Below are positions 29,670 through 39,205 of a stretch of 64,000 nucleotides of DNA, one piece after another. The stretch spans positions 1,152,001-1,216,000 of the forward strand of contig CAVZZO010000001.1 in assembly GCA_963779755.1 (NCBI GenBank). Reading direction: 5' to 3'. This DNA comes from an uncultured Gemmatimonadales bacterium (GTDB lineage: Bacteria > Gemmatimonadota > Gemmatimonadetes > Gemmatimonadales > GWC2-71-9). The stretch's first letter is position 1; each line of letters starts with the position of its first letter. Under the pieces are notes generated by a model. It did not search any database, was not told where the DNA came from, and was given only the letters and a program-made list of their open reading frames with translations. A program made the position numbers and the translations under genes.

Positions 29670-30502
29670 ACCGCCGGGCCGCCGGGTATACGCTGGCGGA
29701 GCTCATGATGGCGCTGGTGCTCACCGGCCTGGTCGCGACGGCGCTGATACGCGCGCTGCTGGTCATCCGCCGTGCGGCCGAGGCGCAGGTGGAAACGGCC
29801 GCCATGGAAGGGGCGCTGCGGGGCGGTGCTCTGCTGTCCGCGGCGGAGCTGCGCGAACTGGGGGGCGACAGTGTTACGGAAGACATTCTCGCCTTCGCCG
29901 CCGAGTCCCTCACCTACCGTGCCGGGCGGGGCAGCGGTATCGCCTGCCGGGTTGGTGGCAGCGCGATCGTGCTCGACGCGAGCCTGCAATCAGGCTACCG
30001 GCAGCCCCAGCCGGGTCGAGACAGCCTGCAGCTGTTCGTTGAGGGAGACCCGCTGACGCGCTCCGATGATCGGTGGGTGCGCCTGCCGATTCTCAGTGTC
30101 ACGGCCGATTCCTGCCGGGGCGGCGCGGCTCTCGCGCTGGGGACGGTGCTGGACACCGTGCTGGTCCCCCCGGGGGCGGTGGATTCCCTCGCGCCGGCTC
30201 GTATCTTCGAAATCATGCAGCTGAAGCTGTACAGCAGCGGCGGCACCCGCTGGCTCGGCGCGCGGTCGGTTTCGGCGGGCGAGAGCATCCAGCCGGTGCT
30301 GGGGCCGTTGGCGTCGGCGGGATTCCAGCTCACCGGCCTCGACTCCACCGGGAGCCCCACCACCCAGCCGTCACGCATGCGAGGGCTCCGGATCCAGCTG
30401 CGCGGAACTCCCGCGCATGCCGTCCATTGGGGCGGCATGGCCCCCGCTCTCCTCCGCAGCGACAGCGTGGACCTGGTGGTCACACTGCGGAATGCCCCAT
30501 GA
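29666..30502 (+). CDS. Minor pilin, PilW-like
   Basis: AAG|YTLAELMMALVLTGLV with E5; GTGA overlap with the upstream gene; ends VTLRN. Confidence 0.8.
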   Translation: MNRRAAGYTLAELMMALVLTGLVATALIRALLVIRRAAEAQVETAAMEGALRGGALLSAAELRELGGDSVTEDILAFAAESLTYRAGRGSGIACRVGGSAIVLDASLQSGYRQPQPGRDSLQLFVEGDPLTRSDDRWVRLPILSVTADSCRGGAALALGTVLDTVLVPPGAVDSLAPARIFEIMQLKLYSSGGTRWLGARSVSAGESIQPVLGPLASAGFQLTGLDSTGSPTTQPSRMRGLRIQLRGTPAHAVHWGGMAPALLRSDSVDLVVTLRNAP

Positions 30503-31611
30503 CGGCCCGTCCTCGCAGTGCCGGAACCCGTGGGGCCGCCCTGCTGCTCGCGCTGCTGGTCCTCATCGCAGGATCGGCGGCCGTGCTACTGGGATTTACC
30601 GACGCGCTGCTCCAATGGCGCGCGGGCCGGGGCACCAGCGGAGTGGAGCGGGCACACGCGGCGGCCGAGACCGGACTGGCCATGGTCGAGTCGGGATGGT
30701 CCCCCGCTTACGACACGCTGCCGCGGGGGCAGCTGCTTGCGCTCGCTCCCCTCTCGCTGGGTGGCGGTGACAGCACCCGGATCACCATCCTGCCCCTCAG
30801 CGGGAGCGTCTATCGGCTCACTGCCATCGGCCGGCACATTACGCCGGTCGGCACGGCCAGCGCTATCCTGGCCACCTATCTCCGGATCGACGCCCCGTAT
30901 CCGGAGATCCTGGCGGCACTCTCGGTCCTGGATACCGCGGTGGTTGACAACGCTTCCCTGCTGGGGAACGACAGCATGCCGTCCACATGGGCCGGGCGCT
31001 GCTCGCCGCCGGGGCCGCCACGGGCCGGGCTGCGGGTCGGCGCGGCCACCGTGTGGGGAGCGTGTCCCGGGTGCGCCGGCGCGCCGCCGGTGGCGCAGGA
31101 CAGCGCCCTGTCGCCGGCGGTATTCAACCGGTTCGGCCCGGATACTTACGCCGGCCTGGCCGCCAGGGCGTTACGAGTGGCCACCGGGACGCTCACCGGG
31201 CTCGGCCCGGTGGTGGTCGGAGGCCTCTGCCTGCAGAGCGACAGCACGAACTGGGGTGAGCCGCTGGGGAGCGGCCCCGCTACCGCGTGTCGCGAGTTCT
31301 TCCCGGTGGTGCATGCGCCAGGTAACCTCCGGCTGGATGGGGGCCGCGGGCAGGGCGTCCTGCTGGTGGACGGCGATCTCGAACTGACCGGGGGGGTGGC
31401 CTACACCGGCGTGGTGGTGGTGCGGGGAAGCCTCCGCGCCACCGGCCTGGGCGGGAGGATCACAGGTGGCGTGCTCGCCGCCCAGGCCGATCTGGGGCCC
31501 GGATCCGGGCCCCTGACGGTGCAGTACTCCTCCTGTGCCCTGCGACGAGCTCTGCGGGCCGCCGGGCTGCCGGCCCCGCTGCCGGGTTGGCGGTGGGCGG
31601 AGTTGTATTGA
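30499..31611 (+). CDS. Minor pilin, PilX-like
   Basis: RG|AALLLALLVLI lacking E5 as PilX does; AHAAAETGL motif; C-terminal GVLLVDGDL/GVVVVRGSL beta-repeats. Confidence 0.8.
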   Translation: MTARPRSAGTRGAALLLALLVLIAGSAAVLLGFTDALLQWRAGRGTSGVERAHAAAETGLAMVESGWSPAYDTLPRGQLLALAPLSLGGGDSTRITILPLSGSVYRLTAIGRHITPVGTASAILATYLRIDAPYPEILAALSVLDTAVVDNASLLGNDSMPSTWAGRCSPPGPPRAGLRVGAATVWGACPGCAGAPPVAQDSALSPAVFNRFGPDTYAGLAARALRVATGTLTGLGPVVVGGLCLQSDSTNWGEPLGSGPATACREFFPVVHAPGNLRLDGGRGQGVLLVDGDLELTGGVAYTGVVVVRGSLRATGLGGRITGGVLAAQADLGPGSGPLTVQYSSCALRRALRAAGLPAPLPGWRWAELY

Positions 31612-32022
31612 GAGTGGGCGGAGTGGCCGGGGTGAGTGGAGTGGGCCGAGCCTCCTTCTAATTCTCGCGAAATGCTGTAAATCCCTGCACGGTGCGCTGC
31701 GGTGGCCAGGACGACGCCGGGCACCCCTCGGGCTCGGCCATTGCTTGGAAGGGGTTAGAGCGTCCGATCGGGGCCGATTCGGGCCGAATTTCCGTGCAGA
31801 CTGCCGCATCGCCATGCGACCTGCGTGAAGAAAACGGGCGCTCACGGGTATCGGGCTCTTTGTGAGCGCCCACTCGCGTCAAGTGGCACGGGTTTGCTTA
31901 CAGAACCGGCTGGCGAAGCAGGACGTCGGCTGGGGTCCTGTGCTCGAAGTCAGTTGATGTAAGCCGCTTTAAGTAATGCTTGATCAACGGATTGATTAAC
32001 TCACTTCAAGCACATTAGCAGC

Positions 32023-32051
32023 TTGACAAAAGCCCGGGCGGGTGGTACGCT
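32023..32051 (+). promoter_or_regulatory. Sigma70-type promoter upstream of pilM
   Basis: TTGACA-17 nt-TACGCT with an extended -10 TG and AT-rich upstream sequence. Confidence 0.75.
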
Positions 32052-32093
32052 AGCCTACCCATCTCTCCTCAATTCAGCGCGGTAGAACTCGGT

Positions 32094-33137
32094 ATGGCGC
32101 TCTTCGGTCGCAAGCGGACCACGATCGGCCTGGATATCGGTAGTGGGCTTATCAAGCTCGCCGCCGTCACGCATGGGCCTGGGGGGCCGGAGCTCTCGAA
32201 AGTGGCGTTCACCTCCGTGGTGGACGATGCCATTGTCGAGGGCGAAGTCATGGATACCGGGATCGTGGCCGACGCGATCCGCGGGCTCATCGCCAGTGCG
32301 GGCCTCAAGGCCCGCTCGGTGGTGATTGCGGTGGGGGGCCGGGACGTGATCATCAAGAAGATCGCGATGGACCGGATGAAAGAGGCGGAGGCGCGGGAGG
32401 TGATTCGCTGGGAAGCGGAGCAGCACGTGCCCTTCGACATGGAGAACGTGGAGCTGGACTTCCAGATCCTCGATCCCGAGGGCGACGGGCTGCAGATGAG
32501 TGTGCTGCTGGTGGCCGCCAAGCGCGAGCTGGTGGAGAACAAGATGGCGCTGCTGGCTCAAGCCGGCCTGCAGCCCGCGGTCATCGATGTCGATGCGTTC
32601 GCGCTGCACAATGCCTTCGAGTTGAATCATCCCGACGCCATGCGGGGTGTGGTGGGGCTGGTGAATATCGGGCACGAGACCACCAACGTGAACATTCTGG
32701 AAGACGGCGTGCCGGTGCTGACCCGGGATCTCCCGGTGGGCACCCGCCGGTTCCGGGAGGATATGCAGCGGGAGCGGGGCCTCTCGGCCGATGAGGCCGA
32801 CGCCATGCTTCAGGGGGTCGAGCGCACCGAGGCGCTGGAGCCCTTCCTCGAGACCCGGGGCGAGGAACTCGCCGTGGGGATCGAGCGGGCGGCCGCCTTC
32901 CTGCAGAGCGCCAGTCGCTCGGCGGGCGGGATCAGCCGCCTCTTCACCACCGGCGGCGGGTCGCGTATTCCGGGGCTGAACCGGGCCCTGGCGGACCGGC
33001 TCCGCCTGCCGGTGCAACAGGCGAATCCGATGGAGCGGCTGGCGGTGTCGGAAAGCGTGCTGCATTCGCTGAATCTCGACGAGGTGGGGCCGCTTCTGAT
33101 GTTGCCGATCGGCCTCGCCCTTCGGTCCGCCGCGTAA
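32094..33137 (+). CDS. pilM: Type IV pilus assembly protein PilM
   Basis: IGLDIGSGLIK, WEAEQHVPF, LVAAKRE, IDVDAFAL, TGGGSRIPGL, IGLALR. Confidence 0.95.
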   Translation: MALFGRKRTTIGLDIGSGLIKLAAVTHGPGGPELSKVAFTSVVDDAIVEGEVMDTGIVADAIRGLIASAGLKARSVVIAVGGRDVIIKKIAMDRMKEAEAREVIRWEAEQHVPFDMENVELDFQILDPEGDGLQMSVLLVAAKRELVENKMALLAQAGLQPAVIDVDAFALHNAFELNHPDAMRGVVGLVNIGHETTNVNILEDGVPVLTRDLPVGTRRFREDMQRERGLSADEADAMLQGVERTEALEPFLETRGEELAVGIERAAAFLQSASRSAGGISRLFTTGGGSRIPGLNRALADRLRLPVQQANPMERLAVSESVLHSLNLDEVGPLLMLPIGLALRSAA

Positions 33138-33162
33138 TCCCTACGGCAGAGGCCCACGTCGC

Positions 33163-33843
33163 ATGATCGAGATCAATCTCCTTCCCGGAGTCAAGCGCAA
33201 GCGCGCCGGCGGCGGCAAGACCGCCATGCTGGCCGGCCTGCGCGACATGGGCACGCGGGTGAAGGACCCGCTGCTGCTTACCGCCGTCGCGGTCTGGGTC
33301 GTGGTCCTGGCCTGGTTGGGCTGGGGCTTCCTCAGCAACGCGGCGCAGATGCATACCCTGAAGCCGCAGCTGGAGCAGGCTCGGCAGGAGAACCGCCGCT
33401 TCAAGGGGCTGCTCCAGCAAAAGCGCCGCACCGAGGCGATCCGCGATTCCCTGCTGGCCCAGATCGCGGTCATCCGCACGGTGGACGGCAACCGCTACAT
33501 CTGGCCCCATATCCTTGATGAGGTGGCCCGCGCTCTCCCGGCCTATACCTGGCTGACCCAGGTGGATGTGCTCAATGCGGCCGTTCCCGCGGATACCACC
33601 GACAGCACGGTCAGCCCCACGGTGGCCTTCCAGATCCAGGGACGGACCGTCGCGATTGAGTCCTACACCCGGTTCCTGCGCCAGCTGGAGGCCTCTCCCT
33701 GGATCTCCGACGTTACCGCCCTGGAGGCGAAGACGGTGGTAGAACAGGAACGTCCGGTGACCGCCTTCACCATCCAGGCAAAGTTCCAGCCGGCCGACTC
33801 GGCCTACATCCGGACCGTTCCCTTCAGCAAGTCGGTGAGGTAA
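33163..33843 (+). CDS. pilN: Type IV pilus assembly protein PilN
   Basis: MIEINLLP motif, TM helix, coiled coil, ALPAYTWLT. Confidence 0.92.
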   Translation: MIEINLLPGVKRKRAGGGKTAMLAGLRDMGTRVKDPLLLTAVAVWVVVLAWLGWGFLSNAAQMHTLKPQLEQARQENRRFKGLLQQKRRTEAIRDSLLAQIAVIRTVDGNRYIWPHILDEVARALPAYTWLTQVDVLNAAVPADTTDSTVSPTVAFQIQGRTVAIESYTRFLRQLEASPWISDVTALEAKTVVEQERPVTAFTIQAKFQPADSAYIRTVPFSKSVR

Positions 33844-33846
33844 GCC

Positions 33847-34479
33847 ATGGCACTGTTCGGGATACAGCGGCCCACGCCGGTCCTCGCCATCGTCCTGGCG
33901 GCGATCGCCGGGTATATCGGATACACCGGCGATGTCATTTCTTCGCTGGGGATGAACGGGATCAAGCAACAGGACCAGGAGATCGACCAGACGCGGCAGG
34001 AAATCGCGCTGCTCGAAGCGCAGACCGATACTGCCCGCCGCGAACTCGCCCAGGGCACCATGGCCGATCTGCAGCAGCGCCTGGAGAACTACCGCGCCAG
34101 CCTGTCGCTGATGCGACGCCTCGTACCCGAGCGGAACGAAGTCCCCAACCTGCTCGACGCCATGTCCAGCCGGGCACGGATCCGCGGCGTCACCCTCTCC
34201 CAGATTGCGCCGCTGCCGGATGAGGCCGGTCCGGGGCCGTTCGTGACCAAGAAATACCAGGTGTCTGTCCTGGGACGCTATGACCAGGTCGGCGAATTCC
34301 TGGCGGACGTCGCCAGCCTGCAGCGGATCATCGTGCCGTCGAATGTCACGGTGCAGGCCGCCAGCATGACCGCGGCCAAGGCGCTGGGCGACACGACGGG
34401 CGCCATGCTGGAAGCCAAGTTCCAGATGAAAACCTTCGTGAAGACGCCCAACCCGGAGGAGGCAGCCAGTGGCGCATAA
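33847..34479 (+). CDS. pilO: Type IV pilus assembly protein PilO
   Basis: TM plus coiled coil, LVPERNEVPNLL, GRYDQVGEFLADVASLQRII. Confidence 0.92.
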   Translation: MALFGIQRPTPVLAIVLAAIAGYIGYTGDVISSLGMNGIKQQDQEIDQTRQEIALLEAQTDTARRELAQGTMADLQQRLENYRASLSLMRRLVPERNEVPNLLDAMSSRARIRGVTLSQIAPLPDEAGPGPFVTKKYQVSVLGRYDQVGEFLADVASLQRIIVPSNVTVQAASMTAAKALGDTTGAMLEAKFQMKTFVKTPNPEEAASGA

Positions 34480-35311
34480 GCTCCTGACCGCCTGCCTGCT
34501 CCTGGGCCTCGCCGCCGCCGGCTGCGGGAAGAAGGACCAGGCCGCGAACGAATCGGTCGACCTGGCCGCCCTCCGCGCGCGGCGCGACAGCATTCAACTG
34601 GCGCGGCAGCGGGCCGACTCGGTGGCGCGGGTGCGCTATCAGGCCTGCAGCGACTCCGTCACCGCCGAGCTCAAGAAGACCTCGGCAGGACGACGGAAGC
34701 TGGCGGCCAAACGCCCGGCCGGCACCGCGCTCCCCGAGCTCGAGGCTGCCTGCGGCACCCCGCCGGCCCCGGCGGCGTCGGATACGTCCGCCTCCCCGCA
34801 GGTCACTGCGGCCACGCGCGACACCAGTACGGCGGCTCCGCCCGCGGCGGCCGCGGCCCCGGCCACGAACTCCGCGGCCAGTGTCCCCGCGCCCCCCGAT
34901 ACGGCGGCTGCGCAGCCGGCCCGCCCGGCCCAGGCGGCCCGGGATTCGCTGGCCCGGCAGGATTCGCTGAGCCGCACGCGGGAAACCGAGATCCAGCGCG
35001 AAACCTTCTCCTACAGCGGCGGCAACCGCGACCCGTTCGTGTCGCTCATCAACCTGCCCAAACTGGGGCCGGATTTCGTGGACCTGCAGCTGGTGGCCAT
35101 CTACCAGGATCTCCGCTACGGCCGGAACAGCGTCGCAGTCATCCGGGACAAGGACACCAAGAAACGCTATAACGTGCGGGTGGGAGACCAGATCGGGCGC
35201 ATGAAGATCGCCCAGATCCGGCAGCGCGACGTGGTACTCACCATCGAGGATCTGGGCTTCGAGCGTCAGGAGACGCTTTCGCTTCGCAAGCGGGAGGAAG
35301 ACACGCCATGA
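34469..35311 (+). CDS. pilP: PilP-like lipoprotein with long Ala/Pro linker
   Basis: Lipobox LAAAGC, RDPFVSL motif, VRVGDQIG; located between pilO and pilQ. Confidence 0.8.
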   Translation: MAHKLLTACLLLGLAAAGCGKKDQAANESVDLAALRARRDSIQLARQRADSVARVRYQACSDSVTAELKKTSAGRRKLAAKRPAGTALPELEAACGTPPAPAASDTSASPQVTAATRDTSTAAPPAAAAAPATNSAASVPAPPDTAAAQPARPAQAARDSLARQDSLSRTRETEIQRETFSYSGGNRDPFVSLINLPKLGPDFVDLQLVAIYQDLRYGRNSVAVIRDKDTKKRYNVRVGDQIGRMKIAQIRQRDVVLTIEDLGFERQETLSLRKREEDTP

Positions 35312-37080
35312 GCCGTACCCGAACCGTCCTGACTGCCCTGGCCGCCCTGGCCCTGGCCCTGGTGGCCCGTCCGGCCATCGCGGCCGGTCCGACCGGTGGC
35401 GAAGTCACCGCGGTCAGCGTCGTCCCCACGCCGGGGCACGCACAGGTCCTCATCAATGTCCAGGGGGCGGTCGAGGTCTCGGACTTCGTCCTGGCCAATC
35501 CCGCCCGGCTGGTCATCGATATCCAGAACGCCCGGTTGTCCGACGCGGGCGGCGTCTATGACGGCGTCGCGCGGGCCGGCATCCTCAACGTGCGGATGGG
35601 CCAGTTCCAGCCCAACGTCGTCCGGGTGGTGCTCGATCTCGCCCAGCTCAAGCCCTATACCCTCGAGCGCGAGGACGACGGGAGCATCCGGGTGTCCTTC
35701 GGCGCCGACGAGTCGTTCCTGACGTGGTCCTCCGTCGCCCCGCGCGACGCCGCGGCGCCGCGCGAGCCCGCCCCCCGCCGGCCCGAGGTCGTGCCGGTGA
35801 GCACGGCGCCTCACGCCGCTCAGCAGCAGCAGGAGCCCCGGATCACGGTGACCTGGGATAACGCGGATATCGCCGACGTGATCGCCGGATTCGCCGTGCT
35901 GAGCGGGCGGACCATCATCCTGGGCAAGGACATCAAGGGCACGGTCAACGCCGAGGTCAAGAACCAGCCCTGGCAGGAGGCGTTCTATGCCATTCTGACC
36001 TCCCAGGGTCTCTCCGCCACGGAGTTGCCGGGCGGCATCATCCGGGTGGACTCCCCCCAGGCTCTGGCCCAGCTGGATTCGCTGGAGCCGCTGGAGACCC
36101 GGGTCGTCCGCGTGAACTACGCCCGCGCCGACGGGCTGGCCAAGAGCATCGCGGGCATCCTGACCGCCAAGCGCGGGTCCGTGGTGTCCGATACCGCCAC
36201 CAACTCGCTCATCATCACCGACACCCGCTCGCGGTTGCCGGAGGTGGTGAAGTTCGCCCAGAGCCTGGACGTGCGGATTCCCACGGTGTCCATCCAGGCC
36301 AAGATCGTCTTCGTGGATCGCACCGACCTGCAGCAACTCGGGTTGCAGTACGACCTGGGCAGCGGTAGCCAGTTCTTCAACAAGCTGGTGCAGCGGGTTG
36401 ACCCTGCCACGGGCGACGCTTTCGACAAGAACACGAATGTCATCAACCTGGGCGGCAACAGCGTCTCGGCCATCGCCAACGCCGACGCCACCATTACCGG
36501 CCCCGCGCTCAACCTGGTCTGGTCGACGGCGCTGGGCGGCTTCTCGCTCACCAGCTTCCTCCAGGCGCTGCAGCGGGTAGACCTGGCCGACGTGCAGGCC
36601 GAGCCCCAGATCTCCACCCTGGACAACCAGAAGGCCGACCTGCTGGTCGGTGAAGAAACGCCGGTCCGGGTGATCGACGTGAGCGCGCCCCAGACCGGCG
36701 GCGCCGCCCCGCGGGCCACGGTCCAGTTCAAGGAGACCGGCATCCGGCTGACGGTGACGCCGCACGTCACCAACAACCGGCAGATCCTGATGGAGCTGCA
36801 CACCGAGCGCTCGGCCGTGCAGACGGTATCAGCGGCCGACCTGGGCTACAACTTCGCCAAGCAGACCGCCGACAACCGGCTGCTGGTGAACGACGGCGAG
36901 ACCTCGGTCATCGGCGGCCTGACCGTCACCGAGGTGACCCGGAGCCGCTCCGGCATTCCGCTGCTGGTGGACTTGCCGGTGATCGGCAAGCTGTTCGGGT
37001 TCTCCAGTGACCAGGAGCGCCGGCGCGATCTGATCATCCTGGTAACGCCACATATCGTGGACGATACCGCTACGCCCTGA
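35308..37080 (+). CDS. pilQ: Type IV pilus secretin PilQ with AMIN domain
   Basis: AMIN NPARLVIDI/VRVVLDL; secretin FKETGIRLTVTPHV, GETSVIGGL, GIPLLVDLPVIGKLF, LIILVTPHIV. Confidence 0.95.
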   Translation: MSRTRTVLTALAALALALVARPAIAAGPTGGEVTAVSVVPTPGHAQVLINVQGAVEVSDFVLANPARLVIDIQNARLSDAGGVYDGVARAGILNVRMGQFQPNVVRVVLDLAQLKPYTLEREDDGSIRVSFGADESFLTWSSVAPRDAAAPREPAPRRPEVVPVSTAPHAAQQQQEPRITVTWDNADIADVIAGFAVLSGRTIILGKDIKGTVNAEVKNQPWQEAFYAILTSQGLSATELPGGIIRVDSPQALAQLDSLEPLETRVVRVNYARADGLAKSIAGILTAKRGSVVSDTATNSLIITDTRSRLPEVVKFAQSLDVRIPTVSIQAKIVFVDRTDLQQLGLQYDLGSGSQFFNKLVQRVDPATGDAFDKNTNVINLGGNSVSAIANADATITGPALNLVWSTALGGFSLTSFLQALQRVDLADVQAEPQISTLDNQKADLLVGEETPVRVIDVSAPQTGGAAPRATVQFKETGIRLTVTPHVTNNRQILMELHTERSAVQTVSAADLGYNFAKQTADNRLLVNDGETSVIGGLTVTEVTRSRSGIPLLVDLPVIGKLFGFSSDQERRRDLIILVTPHIVDDTATP

Positions 37081-37106
37081 AGCGGCGGACCAGAACTCGA
37101 GAGGAC

Positions 37107-37142
37107 ACGGCGAGCCCGGCATAATGTCGGGCTCGCTGTTTT
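37107..37142 (+). terminator. Rho-independent terminator after pilQ
   Basis: ACGGCGAGCCCGGC-ATAAT-GTCGGGCTCGCTGT-TTT. Confidence 0.8.
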
Positions 37143-37286
37143 GGGGATTCAGGAGCCAGGGGTCAGGAGTCAGGAATCAGGATTCAGGGGGTAGACCCCT
37201 TAGGTTTCCCCCCAACCGGGGTGAGTGGGGTCCCTGACTCCTGACTCCCGAATCTTCACCCCCTGGTCCCTGATCCCTGGTTCCTC
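37143..37286. repeat. Inverted degenerate heptamer arrays (AGTCAGG-like ... CCTGACT-like)
   Basis: GGTCAGG AGTCAGG AATCAGG ATTCAGG, then CCTGACT CCTGACT CCCGAAT and CCTGGTC CCTGATC CCTGGTT. Confidence 0.85.
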
Positions 37287-38528
37287 ATGCCCCTGCGGTA
37301 TCTCACAGCCGGCGAATCCCACGGGAAGGCCCTCCTCGCCATCGTGGAGGGGCTGCCAGCAGGCCTGCCGGTGTCGGCTGAGGCCGTGGACCACGAACTG
37401 TCGCGCCGGATGCAGGGGTACGGACGGGGCGCCCGGATGAAGATCGAACACGACCGGGTGGAGTTCCTGGCCGGTATCCGCAGCGGAGAGACGCTGGGAT
37501 CGCCGGTGGCGCTCCAGGTGCCCAACCTGGACTGGGACCACTGGCGCGATGTCATGGCCGCCGAGGGAATTCCGGGTGAGGAGCGGCGGCGGCGGGTTCT
37601 CCGTCCCCGGCCCGGTCACGCCGATCTGGCCGGCGCGCTCAAGTACGGCCGGGCCGATGCCCGGGACATTCTGGAGCGGGCCAGCGCTCGGGAGACGGCG
37701 GCCCGGGTGGCGGCGGGCGCGCTGGCGCGACTGCTGCTCGGCGCGTTTGATGTGGAGATCGGCAGCCACGTGGTCGCCATCGGCGGGATCGAAGCCGTCC
37801 CCCCGGCCCCGTTGCCGGCGCCGCTCAATCCCGCCGCCGATGCCTCCCCGGTCCGGATGCTCGACCCGGAGGCCGAGGCGCTGATAATTGCCAGGATCGA
37901 CGCGGCCCAGTCGGCGGGTGATACCCTGGGCGGCGTGGTGGAGGTGGTGGTCCGGGGGCTGGTCACGGGACTGGGCAGCCACGTGCACTGGGATCGGAAA
38001 CTGGACGGCCGGCTGGCCGCGGTGCTCATGTCGCTGCCGGCGGTGAAGGGGGTGGAGATCGGACTGGGGTTCCGGGGCGCGGGCCGCCCGGGGTCGGAGG
38101 TGCACGACCCCATCGAGCGGGATGAGGCGCCCGTGGCCCGGGCCCGGGGCGGGTATCACCGGGCCCGGAATAATGCCGGGGGGCTGGAGGGCGGCATGAC
38201 CACTGGCGAGCCGCTGGTCGTGCGCCTCGCCATGAAGCCGATTTCCACCCTCATGGCTCCGCTCCCGACGGTCCGGCTCGATACCGGCGAGCCGGCGCAG
38301 GCGCAGAGCGAGCGATCCGACATCACGGCCGTTCCGGCCCTGGGTGTGATCGCGGAGGCGGCCGTCGCGCTGGTGCTGGCCGATGCCATGCTCGAGAAGT
38401 TCGGAGGCGACTCCCTGCCCGAAATGCGCCGCAACGTGGCAGGGTATCTGGAGACACTCGCCGGAAACCGCAGGCCGGAACAGGAGCCCGGGCGCAGCCC
38501 CCGGACGCCGGTGGAGAAGACGCAATGA
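37287..38528 (+). CDS. aroC: Chorismate synthase
   Basis: LTAGESHG, RPGHAD, ERASARETAARV, GGLEGGMTTG, MKPISTL, ERSD. Confidence 0.97.
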   Translation: MPLRYLTAGESHGKALLAIVEGLPAGLPVSAEAVDHELSRRMQGYGRGARMKIEHDRVEFLAGIRSGETLGSPVALQVPNLDWDHWRDVMAAEGIPGEERRRRVLRPRPGHADLAGALKYGRADARDILERASARETAARVAAGALARLLLGAFDVEIGSHVVAIGGIEAVPPAPLPAPLNPAADASPVRMLDPEAEALIIARIDAAQSAGDTLGGVVEVVVRGLVTGLGSHVHWDRKLDGRLAAVLMSLPAVKGVEIGLGFRGAGRPGSEVHDPIERDEAPVARARGGYHRARNNAGGLEGGMTTGEPLVVRLAMKPISTLMAPLPTVRLDTGEPAQAQSERSDITAVPALGVIAEAAVALVLADAMLEKFGGDSLPEMRRNVAGYLETLAGNRRPEQEPGRSPRTPVEKTQ

Positions 38529-39046
38529 GTCAACGACATATCCTGCTGGTTGGATTGCCGGGGTCCGGCAAGACCACCCTCGGGCGGCTGGTGGCCGAGG
38601 CCCTCGGGGCCGGCTTCGTAGACAGCGACCAGATCCTCGTCCGGAAGATGCAGATGCCGATAAGCCGGATTTTCGGCGAGTACGGCGAGCCCAGGTTCCG
38701 GGAACTGGAGCGGGAGGTCATGGATGGAGCCTTGGCGGGGCCGCCCTCGGTCATCGCTCCGGGCGGGGGCTGGGTGGCTCAGCCGGGGTGCCTGGAGCAG
38801 GCAAAGACCAGCAGCCTTATCCTTTATATCAAGGTGATGGTCGTGAGCGCGGCCAACCGGGTCGGCAACGACACCGGCCGTCCCCTGCTCATGGCGGAGG
38901 ATCCGGTCGCGCGGATGCGGTCCCTGCTGCAGGAGCGGGAGAGCTTCTTCCAGCAGGCGGATGCGGAAATCAAGAACGACACCAAGACCCCCGAAGCTGC
39001 TGCCGGCGAGATCGTTGCTCTGGCCCGGGAGCGGGGTGGCTGGTAG
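38525..39046 (+). CDS. aroK: Shikimate kinase
   Basis: GLPGSGKTTLG, GEPRFRELE, PGGG, RPLL. Confidence 0.93.
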   Translation: MSQRHILLVGLPGSGKTTLGRLVAEALGAGFVDSDQILVRKMQMPISRIFGEYGEPRFRELEREVMDGALAGPPSVIAPGGGWVAQPGCLEQAKTSSLILYIKVMVVSAANRVGNDTGRPLLMAEDPVARMRSLLQERESFFQQADAEIKNDTKTPEAAAGEIVALARERGGW

Positions 39047-39205
39047 CCGATCGCTTCCCTAACACATTGTCAAAGAATAACTTGGCGGCCTCCTGCTTGC
39101 CGGGGGGTTGCCTACGGCGTTTTCTTGTAGCGTCGCCGGGTTGAGGGAGATCTGCGCCTGGCGGGTACATTGGACTGCAGAGCACGCAGGTACTTCTGGA
39201 GAATC

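Noticed and set aside
31884..31897. Functional sigma54 promoter for pilM
   Set aside because: GG-GC spacing is 9, not the required 10; kept only as a low-interest finding.
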